A stretch of 62,797 nucleotides of DNA, the filler included, from Sphacelaria rigidula (Eukaryota), in assembly GCA_964200075.2 (NCBI GenBank). It is 10 parts of 10 records of this genome, joined end to end, with 100 filler letters (N's around TTAATTAATTAA, not from the genome) between each part and the next. Parts side by side here need not be neighbours in the genome. Positions count along the whole stretch, not along the records: positions 37,741 to 43,930 come from CAXNAA020021634.1; positions 44,031 to 50,219 come from CAXNAA020021635.1; positions 50,320 to 56,508 come from CAXNAA020021636.1; 7 more parts are not named here. The stretch is one strand, 5' to 3'. Positions 37,839 to 51,000 of the stretch are shown one piece after another. The stretch's first letter is position 1, and every line of letters starts with the position of its first letter. Under the pieces are notes generated by a model, which saw nothing but the letters and a program-made list of their open reading frames with translations, had not been told where the DNA came from and did not search any database. The position numbers and the translations under genes are program-made.

Positions 37839-38794
37839 TAGTGACGTAAACCATAATTTTTTGGATAGAGCAAGGGGATGAGGATTTCCAACCCCAGGGC
37901 CAACCGTAGTTACTATAAAAAAAAGAAAAGAAGCCTGACCATTGGGGGTGCTGGTCGGAGGGGGGGGGGGAGGTCTTGCACGTCGTAGTCATATTAGCAT
38001 TGACACTTCCATCTCTACAAACCTGGGACGCAGTACGCCTGGTTTCGCCGGACCAGGCTCGCAATCAACCACTAAGCGCGAAGCGCCGTGATGTGTTCGG
38101 CGAGTGGCATGAAGAGTGAGCTACATCTTGCTGAGATTGTTCGGTCCAAAGCGTACTTATTATGTTGCATATGGATGACAGCCCCCGTGAGTTGCTTCGT
38201 TTTCTGGTATCGCCACTTTCAGAGACAGGCACGGCTCACACACTGCCTCATGAGTGTCTCACCATGTCAACACTACGTAATGTGATCATCCCCTTTGCAC
38301 GGGATTGAGATTCTCCTGCCCTGCACAAAATGATCTAGCTCGGCCACCATATTGGTTACGGCAGAAAAAATGCAAGCGCAAAAAGGAACGGTTACCTGGT
38401 TGCCTAGCTTACGCAGTGATTGGCGTGTTTTACAGCGTTGTTGCGAACCGAAGCGAACTTGACGATGGGAGTGCTAGTCTTCGAGCAGTGTGCGGACTCT
38501 TCGACGACATTTTACCGACCAAAAAGAACACATTTCTTCGTCTCCTTAGGTACACTTTGTTTTAGACTACATCCATGATATGGAGAAATCGTGCGTTAAG
38601 GTGACGCCCCTCCTATTCAGACCCCCCACACACCTCCACACCGCCGACACGTCCCCGGGGCAAGTTTTCTCACGTGCTTTTCAAGCTTACCGTCAAAAAC
38701 CTGCAAAAATAAATCATGCCTCCATTTATTTTTGCTGAGCGATGGATGTACCCTGAAAAAGAACCCAGTATATGCTTAACATGAAGCACAACGT

Positions 38795-39965
38795 TGGCTA
38801 CGCAAATGAGAGAGCTCATTTGCCCGCATTTGCCTCGATGTCAGACTGGTGACCAGAAAAAACAAATGTCCGTTGGCATAACGGAGCAAAAAGGCTTAAG
38901 TCGTACATGGGAGCATTTGTTGTTTCCGAGGTGATGGGTACAATACTTCGGAGTACATGTGCAGTACACAGCGTGACGGACCCACAGTACACAGCTCAAC
39001 AGTCCACGGTACTGGAACACGGTGCAGTTGGTATACATGGGGGCACGCGTTGTTTCGCGAGGTGATGGGTACAATACATTTGCAGTATACAGCGTAACAG
39101 TCCACGGTATTGAAACACAGTGCAGTTGGTGTATATGGGGGCATTTTGTTTTTTTGCGAGGTGATGGGTACCATACATATGCAGATTAAAGCATGACAGA
39201 TCGACAGTATACAGCTCAGCAGCCCACGGTACTTCAATATTGCACAAGTCGGACAGCTCACGGGCTACCTGAATGTTACTTCTTATTTGTGTACTGATAC
39301 GGATCATGAGCTGGCTCCCTTGGCCCCTCTTCCCATATTCGCTCCCTACAGCGCTGGACGCCGAGCACACCGAGTAGCGCAAAGGTAGCGCTTTGACTTC
39401 TCGGACCCCCAGTCACGTATCTAGTGTTCTTGTTCAACGGATCTAACGATCCCCTTGATTTTATGTAGCTCATGAGCTGTCGACGTGTGGAATACTGGTA
39501 GAATACTGGTGTATATGGGGGTGTTTGTTGTTTTGGGAGGTGATAGGTACCATACATATGCAGCACACACCACGATGTGTCCACTGTATACAGCTTCACA
39601 GTCCACGGTGCTGGAACACAGTGCGGTTGGTGTATGTGGGGGCATGCGTTCTTTTGCGAGGTGATGGGTACAATAGATATGCAGTAGCTACACAGCGTGG
39701 CGGATCCACAGTATAGGCAAAACATGATCCACGACTTTGGCTACGCAATTGAGAGAGCTCATCTGTCCGCACTTGTCTCGATTTCAGACTGGTGAGCGCA
39801 AAGGTATGTGTGCGTTGGCATAACGGAGCAAAACAGGCTTCACTCGTACATGAGAACATTTCTTGTTTGCGAGGTGATGCATGCAATACAACTGCAGTAC
39901 ACAGCGTGACGCATCCACAGTATACAGCTTCACAGTCCACGGCACTGGTACACAGTGCAGCTGGA
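38795..39965. repeat. Higher-order tandem repeat: ~120-bp monomers inside a ~940-bp duplicated unit
   Basis: GAGGTGATGGGTAC...ACAGTCCACGGTA monomers near 38928, 39059, 39158, 39537, 39658 and 39871; the TTGGCTACGCAA.TGAGAGAGCTCAT block occurs at 38794 and 39737. Confidence 0.8.
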
Positions 39966-40803
39966 TAGGTGAGGGTGGTGAGGGCAAATCGCACTACGCT
40001 CTAGTAGCGCACGTAGGTAGGACCCCCTATCGCCCGATGGCGGTCCCGACCGTTCGTGACGCTGAATAACACTGGACTGCTGTGCATGTGTGCAGCAGGT
40101 GGTGTTGGTAGACTCCCAAAGACGGGCTTTTCAGGACTCGTTCGATATAGAAACGACGTGGCCGCTTGCCTGTTGGATTGTTTCTCGCTGTGCTAATGCG
40201 TAGTGATTGACAGTTGGTTTGTTCCTCCTGCAGTCAGAGCGCACTGGAATAAAATGTTCCGAAACACTTGAAAAATGTCTGGATTCAAGTATGGAAATAA
40301 GCTTCACCGTTATGCTGTTCAGGATATGGGGCGGAGAGACGTGTACGCTTTTAATATATCTGATGTTAACAGCAATAATAATAATAAATAAGAATAATAA
40401 TAGTAGTATAGTGTGGTTGGCACCGTGAGGGGGCACGCCTTCCGCCTCATTTCTTATTCGGTTACTTGTTTTCGTTCACCCCGTCCTTCATCATCTTAAT
40501 GGCCTGCCTCGCTCTTATTATTCTGATCGACGCCGATGGGATTATACTCGACTCTGCGACAACATAGTAGGTACCTACCTAGGTGTTTTCTGGTGCGATT
40601 CGTTCCCAGCAGATATACTCTTCCGTAAACTCGGCAACAGCCGTTGTAGGAAGCGCTTTCGATCTGTGACTCGAAACCCAATGGATATGTGGCATTGGGA
40701 TGCTGAGGTTTCGGAACCCTGGGACCGGAGCCTCGGACCCGTAAGAACGTGATGAACGTTCTCTCCACACCGCCCCTTCATCATGTATCTTGGCCATTTA
40801 CAG

Positions 40804-43584
40804 GGGGTGAGGGGTGGAATGCGCGGTCGAATGCCTTGATGCGCACGGAGGAGGCTGTGACCATGGAGACATCGCTGTCTCAAGGTGCCTTCGATCCCGA
40901 GCTGCCATCCAAGCCAGATTGCTGGTGCGCACCGCGGAGCCTTGCGGTTCATCCGGATGGGTTACAGGTATAAGCGGAGTCAAGCCTTCGGTTTGCTGTT
41001 GCCCACGATTTTCGCCCGCATGGCTGTTTTCGAGGAGCTAACAGTTCTAGTCATAACAATATATTTTTGTTCGATTCCCTGTCTTGGCCTCTGGTGCTAC
41101 CTCGAGCCGATCCTGTCCTTTCAAGACAGGCATCCATTCTCGTACTCCACAAAGTCGGGACACAATGAATCAATGGCAAAAAAAACGATGCCCTTTCCGC
41201 ACATGCAAGAAAAAACTCGAGCTGCTGGGCCCGAGTAGGACGACGGTCCGTCCGTTTCGAGTGCACCTCAGCCTACATCGATTCGGTGGTCTAGGAATAT
41301 CGCACCCTCTCTCGGTTCTCCCCCCCCCTTTTTTTTTTACCCGTGTATTTCGTAAGCAGGTTGCGTGTGGAGACAAGCGTGGCAACATTCGGGTGTACGA
41401 CCTGAGGGATATGGAGCTGGCGCATACACAGGTGTGCACGCCCTGCATTTACGTCAGTAAGGCATCGTCGATGCTGTTTTATTCTGATGCTTTTGCTGCG
41501 GCTGTGGTGGTGGAGGCGGCAGTTGATCTCGTTTCATATCATGACCACTACGCACGTGTCGACGCTGACGCCCGTGCTGCCGCGCCCAGTCTCGCTATTC
41601 CTCCCATCTCCTCCTATCTGGGTATCAACAAGAGCACAGAATGCAAAAATCCTCAGCGACCTTCCTTTCTCCATCTCTCCCCCTCCCCAAATCGACACAA
41701 GGTGCTCCGTCTCGAACGGGATGCGTAACCAATGGTCGAATAGCTAAGGCGCCCAAAAAAATGAGCACCTCCCCCCCTCACCGACACATCTGTTTTATTA
41801 CATATCCCCCAGATACTCGTTGAAGTGCATACAGTAGTCCCCCGTCCGCATGCTAACTGGGCGAGTTTTGTCGTTGGATATTTTTGTAAAATTGCTCCTT
41901 CTCGAACGGGATGCGTAACAAACGGTCGAATAGCTAAGGCGCCCAAAAAAATGAGCACCTCCCCCCCTCACCGTCACATCTGTTTTATTACATATCCCCC
42001 AGATACTCGTTGGAGTGCATACAGTAGTCCCCCGTCCGCATGCTAACTGGGCGAGTTTTGTCGTTGGATATTTTTGTGAAATTGGATGGAGCCGCTCATC
42101 ACAGTGAGTGTTTGATCCGAAAGTAAGAGGATCGAAATATACTACCACCCGCTTTACATTCCGAAAAGATCATTTCTCCACTCAGTATTGATCGACAGAC
42201 GGGGTGACCAGTTCTCGGGTGGTCCTGCGGCTACACAATCCCAGGGTCTGACTTTTCGGTATTGTTGCTCGATTGAACCAATTCCTATCGTAGCGTGAAA
42301 TATGAAAACGATTTATTTTTCTGAACTTCCTTTTCATTGCGCGAGAGCCGAAAAACTACATTCGTTTGTCAAATTACGGTCAATACCACCCTCCTGATAT
42401 CTAAAGTATCTACTCCGATCACTCAGACATCGTCAACTTGGGGATTGTGTCCCGAGCATGATCCGTTTATTTTCCCAATATCTACCGACTCTAGTACTTT
42501 CGAGTGCTAGGGAAAATTTCATTGCGCGAGAGCCGAAAAACTACATTCGTTTGTCAAATTACGGTCTATACCACCCTCCTGATATCCAAAGTCTCTACTC
42601 CGATCACCCAGACATCGTCAACTTGGGGATTGTGTCCCGGGCACGATCCGTTTATTTTCCCAATATCTACCGACTCTAGTACTTTCGAGTACGAGGGAAA
42701 AGTAATGTGCGAGAAAATGGAAAGAAATATCTAGTTTACAAAATTCCTTCCGTCAATATGCGGACTGATATATCGCTCACATTTCTTGCCTACCTAATCG
42801 CTACGCCTTCTTCATACGTCCTTCCCGCTGCGGTACATATGCACGATCAAAACAACAATCCTGGTGGCCGTTTTTCATGCGCGCAGGCCGCTCACGATGC
42901 CGAGATTCTCTGCCTAGCCTTCTCTCCAGTCCTTGTGCCCATTCCTGCCAACGTCCCTCAACCGGCTGCCACCGCCGCCGCCGGCGACGGGCCCGCTGAT
43001 GCTCGGGCCGCTACCCGTACCGACCCAGCAAACGCGGGATCAACAAACGAGCACGTCGTTGACAACCACGCAAAATGCGCAGAAAAGACGGCACGGCAGC
43101 AGCCAGGAGATGGAGGCGGCGGAGCTGCATCCCCCGGGGCGAAGACGCCAGCGGTTGCGGCGGCGACCGTGGGTGGAGAGTCCGCGGCAGTGCCGGCACA
43201 GCGATGGAGAGCAATAGATCCCGCTGATCCCGGTGTCAAGGAGAAGCCTGCTCGTGCGGAACGCGGCGGTGCTGGTAATGGTGGTGATGACCTTGGGAGT
43301 GACAAAAGTATTTGCGGCGCTGACCACGGATATGGGGAGGGGAATCCAGCTCTTGTGCTCTTGGCTTCGGCTAGTCGGGATCGCCTGGTGCATGTGTTCG
43401 ATGCGTCTGCGAATCCCGCCGCGAGGGGGAGGGATGGAACCGTGAAGAGGAAGGTCGCAGAGGGAATCGGTTCGGGAGGACTGCATCGGTCGGCAGCGAG
43501 GGCGTCGTGCTACCCCCTGTTGAAGACTCTTGACAACCATTCTAGTTCCGTCACCGCGGTCAAGTTTTCCAGGGATGGGAAGAG
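40804..43584 (+). CDS. WD40 protein of the WDR62/MAPKBP1 family, internal exons 40804-40967, 41360-41431, 42887-43584
   Basis: Spliced sequence RSLAVHPDGLQ|VACGDKRGNIRVYDL...Q|AAHDAEILCLAFS...LLASASRDRLVHVFDA...YPLLKTLDNHSSSVTAVKF closely follows the MAPKBP1/WDR62 motifs I recall (AHD.EILCL, LLASASRDRL.HV, TLD.HSSS.TAVKF). GT-AG sites are in phase. Confidence 0.85.
41702..42082 (+). repeat. Near-perfect ~191-bp tandem duplication in the WD40-gene intron
   Basis: 41702-41892 is repeated at 41893-42082. Confidence 0.9.
42332..42702 (+). repeat. Near-perfect ~186-bp tandem duplication in the WD40-gene intron
   Basis: TTTCATTGCGCGAGAGCCGAAAAACTAC...AGGGAAAA occurs twice in tandem. Confidence 0.9.
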
Positions 43585-45199
43585 GTGCGAGCTGTCGTGG
43601 GAGGTTGAACTTTTAAGGCGGCGTGATGAAACAGATATTCTGAAGCCATGTGTTGTTGTAGGATAGAGTAGGCGCGGGCGTGAGGGAGAGAGAGTGGGAT
43701 GTACTCATGATCATGCATGCCATGGTCATGAGATCATTGAGAGAGAGAGTGGGGGGGGGGGGGGGCAAGGGGGGATCGCTGTGCACAAAACGGTTCTCGA
43801 GGGTGTGCGGCTACGTCCTGAACTGCGAGCAGTAGTTCGGGACATATCCAGTCAACGCCAAACGGCTACTCACTGGATACAGGATAATCCCCCCCCCCCC
43901 CCCCCCCCCCTGTCTTGGTTGTCGTGCGGGNNNNNNNNNNNNNNNNNNNNNNNNNNNNNNNNNNNNNNNNNNNNTTAATTAATTAANNNNNNNNNNNNNN
44001 NNNNNNNNNNNNNNNNNNNNNNNNNNNNNNATCTGGACCACGCGTGTACTTTTTTCAAGTGAATATTGATGCCGATTCAGCAGGTGACCTACTCTCGCGG
44101 TCTAACGGGTAACTCCTGCTGCGGAGGTTTGGGAAGGAAGATACTTTCGCTCTGTCTCACTCTTTCGTATCTTCCCTGCAATAGAGAATGGGACTTCAAC
44201 CTCATTTTTTGTTTCAACCCCAAAAATTAGAATCGACTGTTAATGGTGTTTGGGGCTCTTCACTTGGCCGAACAAAACCAAACAGCCTCTGTTGAATGCA
44301 GAGGGCTGAGGAAACAAAGGAGATTGAATGCATGGGAGGTGGAGGTCACCGGCTCCAAGCAATCTCAGTCCTGGAACAAAAGGCGAGAGTCCCTACATGT
44401 ACGTGAGGTTAAATCGCATCCTCCGTTCAACACTGCTGACGCGTTAGTCTTTCCAGCTCGCAGACTAGATCTACTGCAAGCTACGTGGCCTACCTAACTT
44501 TATGCCGTAGACTGCTGTAACACAAGCAATGGTTGCACACTTTTTACTGCGGTACCCTACGTGCTTGTGTAGCTACACGTGTAAAGATATCTACATCAAG
44601 GATCCACATGAAACGGCACTACAGTACATGATTCCTAGTGTTGTTGAATCGCCATACGTTGTACCGCTATTTGTTATTTAGTTGGAACCCAAAATACGGA
44701 AATGTACAGCCAGATTGCAAGCTGTGTCAACTTTACAACAGAATGAAACAAAACGAGAATGTTACCGTTGTAATATATTGTAAGGTAGGATATTCACCGA
44801 TCAGAGGCGCCTATTCTCTGGCGTATGACGAAAGCACAAAGATCCGATGGAAGAGCATGGTCGGGCATTGCGAGGTATAACGTCGTAAGGTCCGTCCTCA
44901 TCATTGAGCGTAGCAAATGGTAGTTGAGATCTGCAACTGGCAAAGCTTCAGATGGTGGTAGTGTGAGAGTGGGGGTGGAAGGCGCATGACAGGTGGTAGT
45001 GCCAGCCCGTCAGACTAAAGCCGATTTGCAAATCAGCCCATTTGGATAGCTGTGATTGGTCAGAATGGTCATTCCGCTCCTCTCGGGCCTCGTCCCTAGC
45101 TTGTAAATTTCCGTGAGGAACTTCCAAACATACATGATTGACTTGGTGAGCTTCTCGGCTGTTCTGTGTACAGGTCCCCATCCACCCGTCAAAACTCAC

Positions 45200-45812
45200 C
45201 CCCCCCCCACCCCTTGAAACCCTCGGATGTTCCTGGATTGTCATTGCGCCGCTCATCTCTGTTTGATTTCATGGCGAACAGACCGAAAGAGTCTCGGATA
45301 TTCGGAAAGCTCCTGAAATAATTGTTTCAATAAAGCGTCTCTGCCAAATAAGAAAGCGCCACTCCACCCCCCCCCCCCGACCCCCCCTCGCCATTCTATC
45401 TTGGAGAGGGCGGGGGGTATCGCGGCGACGAATGAACTTGGTTCCAGTTCTTTCGTTCCACCTTGTGCTTCGTTCCTTTTCCCTCGATAAGACATGGCCT
45501 AAGCTGACATCAACTTCTGATCTCACCGTCCCAGGACATAAATGAACAGCTCGAGTCGTAGCTGCTCATCGACTGAGGGCACTATCCGTAGCTCAGGGGA
45601 AATCGGTTCAGAACTGAACGAAACACAACGATTTCTGCCAGACAGCCGCCGTAGAACACAACCACAAGCGGTCAACGACTCCATCTTGAGCAAGGTTTGT
45701 TGCACAAACAAGGCCAGTCTTCTGCCAACAGCAACTTACCGTTGAACAAGGGGCACCATGTATAGATGAGCAAGAGCTAGCACCAGGCGTGATGCACTTG
45801 TGCTGTGGATGC
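45200..45812 (-). CDS. Hypothetical spliced gene fragment; exons 45812-45740, 45613-45527, 45312-~45200
   Basis: CAG acceptors and GTAAGT/GTGAGA donors chain in phase: ...RLVLALAHLYMVPLVQR-SEPISPELRIVPSVDEQLRLELFIYVLGR-SFPNIRDSFGLFAMK. No recognisable domain. Confidence 0.4.
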
Positions 45813-47782
45813 CTGTGCGGGTTTGCTCGGGTTGTGTTGTTGTGAAGGAGTAACGTGATGTGATTCAGTCATGCGTTTCAGTCACGCCCGCATGGATCCC
45901 AAAATTGTGCCCTTTTGCGTCCGGTGCGTGAAGAATCACCGCGCTTCCTAGAAAGGTAGCTTGGTAAATCTTCTTTCGACGGTGGGAATGAGATACTTTG
46001 AAGGAAAATACACAATGCATCGGGAATCGAGTCGGCGTCCTCCCCACCCTAATGGTGATCTAATGGTGACAATCGGACCATTATACCACTAGGGCATGCG
46101 CGCGAATAACCAAGACGTGTCATGAGGGACCCAAGATTATTTCTGTGGGCCGGCAAACTGCATGGCTTGTCTCTTCCCACTTCTCTTTTTTGTCTAGATA
46201 ACGGTATCTTGATGTCGAGATTCCCGGTTTATTTCACAGTTTCAGCAATTCACAGATGAATATATATCGAACCTCGAGATTGAGATACATCCGATGAGGC
46301 ACAGCCTAGAGTTGAGCACAGGGATACATACACAGCACTAATTGGGAAACGGCCTTACCACCCTCTAGGCATGATGTGTTTCTTTTTTCCAAGCGAAAAC
46401 TTGAGCATCTCCGTTGATTGTAGGGGTGGGCGACAGAATTGGGTGGTAGGGTCGGCGACAGACCTGTGTACACGCTCATAGACAGCACGGGCAGGACAAA
46501 ACTGCACATTTGTTGTTCAAGCCCTCTTCGCGTCGCCTTGTACGCATGGAGTAGATGGTCCTCTGCTGTTTGTACTGCACGCTGCCCCCTTCTGCATACC
46601 ATACAGTGCGAAACAGAGTGTCTGTACAGACAGTACAGACAGCACAGTACTGTTTGTACTGAATACAAGTAAACAAGTACCGCTTCACGAGTTCCACCGT
46701 CTTTTCGATCGGAAGCGTGCGAATTCGCTTGGACCCAAACCGTGCCCAACAAATGGATTCTATTCCGCCGTACTAACTGGTTCGACAGCAAGGGTGCACA
46801 CAACAAATACGCACGCACACCTATGTACCCATTTTTCTTGCCCGTCGGACAGATCAACTCCTTGTTGCAGGAGCTAGCTCGTTTTAGGGCAGCTCCCTAC
46901 TGGGCTATGAGAGTTACATGAGCAACGTATATTTTCCCTAGGTGAGCTACCAACCTGCACGTGGCTCATTAGCTCATATTCGCTCGAGGTGAGCTATGAG
47001 AGCTACATCAGCCATGCATGCTTTCCCTGGGTGAGTTATGAGAGCTGCATGAGCTACGCGTGTTTGCCTTGGGTAAGCTATATGAGAGCCACGTGACCTA
47101 GGCATGTATGCCCTGGATGAGCTATGAGAGTTACGTGGGCCACCCGCGTTTGCATTGAATGAGCTACCGGATGAATAGTAGGCACCACTCACGAAGTAGC
47201 AATGTTCGACATCGCAGCAGGTGACTGCTCTGCCGCTTTCATGGTACCAGCATTCGCTTTATTATCCTGGGCGGAGTTGGAATGCTCGGTGCGCACAAGG
47301 CGTTGCCTGTGGTGCAGCTCCGCACTGGTACCAGCCTCGTATGTGTATGTTACCTAGAAGATGGTGTGGACGATTCGTTGTCCACTCGTACTGCGCAGCA
47401 CCAATGCCGCACTGTCGTTCCGTTACAGTCCATCACGCCTTCCACCATCGTTGCGGGAGACACGGCTCAAAATCGTTGCGATGCGGTTTGTGTCTTTGTA
47501 TTGTTTGAAGGTACACTCGTGCTGTACGTACCGCCGTACAGTACCACAATGTGTACCGTGGTGCTCTGCATTGAACTATGCTGAAAGTAATACTGCACTG
47601 GACCCTCATACCCGTCAGGCCAGACATTTCTTCAGGGAAGCCCCAGAGGTTAAGATCTAGGGCGTGTCGTTCAAAAAACAATGTGAAGAAATGCGACGAA
47701 AGAGAAAAATTCCGATCTGATACGTCCACATCATTTGTTATTTTCTTACTTGAATTCTTCTTCACAATTCTTCACGCGCAGC

Positions 47783-48413
47783 CTGAAGGGGTAAAACAGA
47801 AAAGCTCCACACGTCGGACAAATGAACTTCCTGTAGCTCGAGCTAGGTTCTCTATGGCACATGGCTCCCTCCTGAGCTATGAAAGCTACATGATCTATGC
47901 ATGTTTGCCCTGGATGAGCCACCAACCCGTGGCTCATCAGCCCATATTCGCCCCGGTGAGCAATGACAGCCAAATGAGCTACGCATGTTTGCCCTGGGTG
48001 AGCTACCAATCCGTACCTCATCAGCTCATATTCGCCCTGGTTGACCTATGAGAGCGATAGTATATGAGCTACGTATGTTTGCCCTGGGTGAGTCACCAAC
48101 TCGTGGCTCATCAGTCCATATTCGCCCCGGTGAGCAATGACAGCCAAATGAGCTACGCATGCTTGCCCTGGGTGAGCTACCGACCCGTAGCTCATCAGCT
48201 CATATTCGCCCTGGGTGAGCTATGAGAGCTGTAGTACATGAGCTACGTATGTTTGTCCTGGGTGAGCCACCAACCCGTGGCTCATCAGCGCATGTTTAGC
48301 CTTGGTGAGCTATCAGGCGTAGCTCATATGCACTTATTTGGCTGCGAGTGAGCTACAGCCCGCAGATGAGCTAGCTCACGAGCTGTCCGACGTGTGCATT
48401 TTTTACCTCTCAG
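47783..48413. mobile_element. MITE-like element with inverted ends (CACACGTCGGACA) and internal ~175-bp GAGCTA-rich tandem units; related partial copy at ~46840-47170
   Basis: CACACGTCGGACA (47808-47820) pairs with TGTCCGACGTGTG (48384-48396); repeated TTTGCCCTGGGTGAGCTA motif. Confidence 0.7.
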
Positions 48414-48646
48414 TGGGGGCGCAGGAGGGAGGGTTCTAGACCGCCCCCTCCCCTCCCCCCGCCGAACGCCGTACAAACTCCTGTGAAACCGATCCTATAC
48501 TAAATCCTGAACAAAATGACGCGGCGTCGGAGGTGGGGCACCCCCCCTGAAGTGTGTGGCGGTAGTAAATACGATCCACGTACCCACCTGATGCGGAGGT
48601 GTAAAAAAAAAGTAGAACACAATGATGAAGTGAAAAAAATGTCGAG

Positions 48647-48647
<1 letters not shown>

Positions 48648-48689
<42 letters not shown>

Positions 48690-48703
48690 CATTATTATTA
48701 TCA
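48648..48703. repeat. (TAT)n microsatellite
   Basis: Direct reading. Confidence 0.95.
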
Positions 48704-49129
48704 TTTCAGCACATCAGTCAGATCTCGCGAACCCGTGGTCACAGGCGTAGGCTCGCGTTTCCAATACCGTCCCTGCTATTCCTTACAAGACATATTACCA
48801 AAAATTAAAATTAAAATAAGAAGAGATACGACACGAAAACCGGTGAGAGGTAGCTCCCCCGAGTTCAACGGGAGAAGAAAAGAAAGAAAGAAAAACGAAC
48901 ATACAACAAACGCCAGATCTGCCAAAAATTTACACCGAAAGAAAGAAGAGAGAAGATAATAAAGGACAAAACAGGAAAAGACAGACGACACAAGGAGATT
49001 AGCATGGCCACCATGTTGGGGTTTAGCTCAAAAACAAAAAACGAAACAACCCCAGGTACCCTCATAGACAACTACCACAGCTGTTCGGAGAAAGGCGGCA
49101 TCGAGCGTACTGCCCGAATGGACTACAGG

Positions 49130-50219
49130 TTACTTTCTGGAGGTCCTCGGTCTGAGCTCTAGAGGCAGTACAGCAAACAACTCCTTGGCTTCGCATGCGT
49201 TGGTCCAAGCTGGCATACACAAACTAGCCCCCTCCTCTACAACTCGAGACCATTCGGACACATCTTGGGCAACCTGCGTCCACGATGTCGCGGGTATTCC
49301 AAAGTATGAGCAGTGGTCCGTGATGCAATGTTGTGGGCGCCTTGCGGGTCGGCCTGCCCTCGTATTCCCTCCAACCATCACTCCACTCATGCCTATGTTG
49401 GGGAAGCGGTCATCGCGCATGCGCATAACGTGGCCGGCGTGTAGGAGGGTCCGTTTCATCGGTGGCCTCAATGCACTCGCAGCTAGTTTGTTCGAGGACT
49501 TCGTGGTACGGCAACATGTGACAGTCAGGAGTCTTGCGGCTGGATGTATGCTTGTTGAGGCACCTCAGCAGAAATCCTCGATGAGCCTCCCGTGATGCGT
49601 CGAAATTGCTGTGTGCGATCGTCCAGGTCGCGCAGCCGTATAACATGACCTCGATCACTTATGTCTTCAGGAGCTGATCTTGGTGGCCAGGGCGATGTAC
49701 CGATTGTCGTAGACCGCTTTGCTGTACTTGTACAAGCACGCCCAGGCCTAGCCAATGCGGCTGTGGATCTCAGGTGTAACATCAGCGATGCTGCTGATTT
49801 TTTTGCCAAGGTAGAGAAAAGATTCAACTTGCTTGTATCGTTGGCCAGCTGCCTCCACCTCGACCGTATCCGCCTCCATGTTCGGCGAGCGCATGTGCAT
49901 GGTGACCGTCTTCTTTTCCGCCACGACGAGGCCGAATGCCGCACAGACCTCGACGATGACCGCCATCATCTTTGCCAGGCTTTCTCGAGACCGCGAGCCC
50001 ACGCCGGCGTCGTCGGCGTAGAGCATGGTCTAGAGCACTTTGCAGAGTTCGGCCTTGGTTTTCTCACCCCTTTGAGCGATTCGGATGAAATCCCGCTCCA
50101 CCGCTTTATTGATCGAGAAGCGGTCGAACGATAACGTCATCACCGCCGCGAAAAAGATGTTGAACAGATCGAGGGAGAGTACACAACCTTGGCGGACGCC
50201 CTGGTTTACGTTAAACCAC
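49130..50219 (-). mobile_element. Decayed non-LTR retrotransposon (LINE, RTE-like) reverse transcriptase and C-terminal region, truncated by contig end
   Basis: Minus-strand motifs QGVRQGCVLS..LFNIFF, MLYADD, FGLVVAEKKT, FLYLG, MLYGCATW and GHVMRMRDDRFP, with in-frame stops and frameshifts. Confidence 0.92.
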
Positions 50220-50711
50220 NNNNNNNNNNNNNNNNNNNNNNNNNNNNNNNNNNNNNNNNNNNNTTAATTAATTAANNNNNNNNNNNNNNNNNNNNNNNNN
50301 NNNNNNNNNNNNNNNNNNNAATGACTATGGCATGCATGATCATGAGTACACCCCCCTCCCTCTGTGCTATGCAGAGCTCTTTTGAGCAATATATATTTCG
50401 GGTCCTCTTCTGAATTATGTCGTATGGCATTCTTCTTCAGCACTCGCAAGTCCCAGCATCGATGGATATCAGGAAAAGAAGGAGGTCGTGTTGAGGACAC
50501 AATCCTCAATTGTTGTCAGGTTGATACGGAGTAAGTACCTCGTTTATCAGGGGGTGGTACGGACTGTCAATGGTCCAAAAAACAGCCTTTTTCGGGTCTG
50601 GCGTAATTAATAGACATTCAAAAACACATACCTTTTCATCTGTTCGTACCTTCCCATCTGTTCGTACCTTCCCATCTGTTCACGAGAACAGTCAGAATTC
50701 CTTCGATCGAG

Positions 50712-51000
50712 GAAAATTTCCACACCCTGTACAACTATTCGTAACAACTAGTACACTAGAATTTCGATTTACTTGGCAACTGGGGACAAAAATACATAGT
50801 AATAATACGACCGCTGGCCATAGCCACGGGGGCGAATTTTGCGCCATCTCACGCGCTACCGCACGCACAGCCCACCGGGAGCCAGACCGGTTTGGGAGCT
50901 GTTCAGTTGTCTAAATAGTTGCAACTATCTAGTTGACCGGCACATTACCAGCAAGTAAAGCTCAAGTCAACTAGATAGTTGTACAGAGTGTGAAAATATC
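50712..51000. mobile_element. MITE (~290 bp) with ~25-bp imperfect TIR
   Basis: GAAAATTTCCACACCCTGTACAACTA pairs with TAGTTGTACAGAGTGTGAAAATATC; also an internal perfect 16-bp inverted repeat CAACTATCTAGTTGAC. Confidence 0.65.

Noticed and set aside
42958..43540. Long antisense and alternative-frame ORFs over the WD40 exon
   Set aside because: They are expected shadows of GC-rich coding sequence.
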